Part shown: in pieces, positions 61,270 through 64,000 of the stretch | Numbering within the stretch: the stretch's first letter is position 1 | How the letters are laid out: the number at the start of each line of letters is the position of its first letter | Made by a program: the position numbers and the translations under genes | The notes under the pieces: model-generated | What the model saw: only the letters and a program-made list of their open reading frames with translations | Told to the model about the DNA's origin: nothing | Databases searched by the model: none | NCBI GenBank assembly: GCA_963575745.1 | Contig: CAUYUJ010000001.1 | Location: 2,108,001-2,172,000 of the forward strand | Reading direction: 5' to 3' | DNA: 64,000 nucleotides | Origin: Prorocentrum cordatum | Taxonomy: Eukaryota

Positions 61270-62790
61270 AATCTGGTATGGGGGATCCAGGGAAGCAGCG
61301 CCAACCACTACGACCACCGAAAAACAATGTCGTTTGCATTGTAGTTTTGTTGTTGCGTTGCCGTTCGTTTGCAGTGCAGTCTTGTTTGTTTGCATTGCAA
61401 TGTGTTTTGCATCTGGTCTGGCTGGTCTGGCTGGTCTGGTTTGAGCGTAGTGCTGAAACTGTAGCTTAGGATGCCGGATAGAGTGGTTTAGGTGAGGTCC
61501 CGAGAGGCAGCGCCAACCATTACGACCACCGAAGCACAGCTTTGTTTGCCTTGCAGTGAGTTCATCCTTACTGTTTGTGTTGCGTTGCAGCTTTTGCTGC
61601 ATCTGGTCTGGCTGGTCTGGTTGGTCTGGTGTGAGCTTACTGCTCAAGGTGTAGCTTATGATTCGGGCGAGAGTGGTTTATGGGAGGTCCAGGGAGGCAG
61701 CGCCAACCACTACGACGACCACCGAACAACAATTGTTTTGTGCATTGCACTCGTGTTTGTCTTTCAGCTGGTTTTGTGTTGCAGATTGGTTTGCGTATGG
61801 GCTGGCTGGTCTGGTTGGTCTGGCTTGCGATCCGTCCTGAAGCCTTAGCGTAGGGTTCGGGCGATAACGGTTTAGTGGAGTTCCAAAGCGGCCACCGAAA
61901 CACAGTTTTGTTTTGTATGTCAGTGTTTGCTGCATTGCAGTGTGTGTTGCATCTGCTCTGGCTGGTCCGGTTGGTCTGGTTTGAGCTTCGTGTTGACGCC
62001 TTGGTTTTGCAGTGTTCTTAGCACTGCAGTTGTTTTTGCATCTGGTCTGACTGGTCTGATTAGTCTGGTTTGAGCTGCGTGCTCAAGCCTTAGCTTAGGA
62101 TTCGGGCGAGAGTGGTTTAGGGGAGGTCCAGGGAGGCCACCGAAACCAGTTGTTGTTGCATGCCAGCTTTTGTTGTAGTGCAGTTTGTTTTGCATCTGGT
62201 CAGGCTGGCTGGTCGGTCTGGTTTGAGCTTTGTGCTGAAGCCTTGGTTCTTCAGTTTGGTTTGCACTGCTGTTTGTTTTGCATCTGGTCTGGCTGGTCTG
62301 GTTGGTCGGGTTCGAGTTTCACCCTGAAGCCGTAGCTTAGGATTCGGGCGAGAGTGGTTTAGGGGAGGTCCAGTGATGCCACTGTCAATCAATTGTTTTT
62401 GCTGTGCAGTTGTTTTGCATTGCAGGTTGTTTTGCCTCTGGTCTGGCTTGTCTGGTTGGTCTGGTTTGAGCTTCGTGCCTTAAGCCTTAGTTTAGATTTC
62501 AAGCGAGAGTGGCTTGATGGGGGATCCAGGGAGGCAGCGCCTACCACTACGACCACCGCAAAACAGTTGTTGTTTGCATTGCAGGTTGTTTGTTTTGCAG
62601 TTTGTCTTGCATTGCAGCTGTTCTGTGTTGCACTTCATTTTGCATCTGGCCTGGCTGGTCTGGTTGGTTTGGTTTGAGCTCAGTGCTAAAGCTTTAGCTT
62701 GGGATTCGGGCGAGAGTGGTTTAGGGGAGCCAGGGAGGCAGCGCCAACAACTACGACCTCCGAATCACAGCTTTTGTATTTTTGCATTGC
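61270..62790 (+). repeat. Degenerate ~190-bp tandem repeat (CATCTGGTCTGGCTGGTCTGGTTTGAGC..GATTCGGGCGAGAGTGGTTTAGGG..CACCGAA)
   Basis: About 7-8 units. Confidence 0.85.
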
Positions 62791-64000
62791 AGTAATTTTG
62801 CTTTGCAAGAGGAAGATGGTGATGAGGAGGAGGAGGAGGAGGAGGAGCGGGAGGAAGATGGCGACGAGGTGGAGAAAGAGGAACAGCAGGAAAAGCCAGG
62901 GGAGGACGACGACAAGGCGCGCGAGAACTAACGCGAAGAGGGGGACTAGCAGGATGACGTTGAGCAGGAGGAGGGGGAGGAGGAGGAGGACGAGCACCGT
63001 TTCTGACGGTTCCAGGGCCCGGCGACTGGTCTGGAGGGGTCGACATCCAGCAAAAACGCCGTCGTTGCTGTCAGCCTCGCCCTCGCCATCGACCCCCTCG
63101 TCGTCGTCAACGTCGCCGGGGCTGGGACCGAGAACGCTGCTGCGTCAAGTCCAGCTGCGGCGGAAAGGGAGGTGGGAAGGAAGGTAACATCAGAACCCAT
63201 ATCAGTTCATATGCCGTAAAGCAAAGTAAGGCGCTGGGGCATAAGAACTTTTCGCCTCGAGCGGCTTAGAATACGTAGCACCCCGCAGTTGCGGATAAGA
63301 GTGAGGGGACGGCGGGGATGTCTGCAGTCTGCGAGGCTCTGAAGAAGTCAACCGCAGGCGCAACATTTGCAAGCTATACAACGAGCCCGTCGCAGGCGCC
63401 GATTTTTTGTTAAAACAAGTTAGGTGGGTCGCGGGTGGGTCGACGGTGGGTCGCGGGTGGGTGGCAGGCCAGGTCGCGGGTGGGTCGCGGGTTGGTCGCG
63501 AGCGGGTCGCGGGGTGGGTCGCGGGTGGGTCGCGGGGTGCGTCGCGGGCCGGGTCGCGGGCCGGGTCGTTGAGGGGACGACGACAACAAACAATAATAAC
63601 AACAACAGCAACAACAACGCAACAAGCAGAATCCTCACCACGGATCCGCGCTTAAGCTACGCACCCAGGGACAATCAATGACCGTTTGGCCCTCTTACTC
63701 TGATATTTATATATACACGATTTTATATGTGCATATACACATATATATATGTATATATATACAGATATACGTAGCACCCGCATTTGCGGCTAAGAGTGAG
63801 GGGGCGGTGGGGACGTCGGCATTCTGCGAGACTCTGGAGAAGCCCGGCACAGGCGACAACATTTCACAAATCATCAGAGTGAGGGGGCCGAACGGTCATT
63901 CATTGTCCCTGGGTGCGTGGCTGAAGTGGGGATCCGTGGCGAGGATTATGTTTGTTGCGTTGTTGCGTTGTTGTTTGTTTGTTGTCGTCGTCCCACCCGC

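Overview
Eukaryotic, repeat-dense genomic DNA from a dinoflagellate. The evidence is genomic relics of the dinoflagellate spliced leader (DCCGTAGCCATTTTGGCTCAAG) and GA-AG introns; a Prorocentrum-like origin is only an inference. There are two credible host genes, both on + and both preceded by an SL relic, so both look like retrocopies. (1) A GH92 alpha-1,2-mannosidase (~929 aa after reconstruction; inserted PAN/Apple domain; C-terminal TM anchor), split into 5 exons by 4 insertions of a TCGR...YCGA-ended MITE-like family. Two insertions form GA-AG introns; two have no canonical splice pair at the protein-restoring junction. (2) An intronless EAL-domain (c-di-GMP phosphodiesterase-like) gene immediately downstream. 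The rest is mobile and repetitive DNA: a near-intact 6.5-kb LINE (APE-RT-RNase H), a decayed DIRS-like tyrosine-recombinase retroelement, a decayed Ty1/copia relic, several MITE families, a short retroposon, foldback elements, minisatellites and microsatellites. The decayed elements appear to carry a directional T>C/A>G substitution bias. There is a 100-N gap at 8350-8449. All calls come from reading the sequence by eye; no searches were run.
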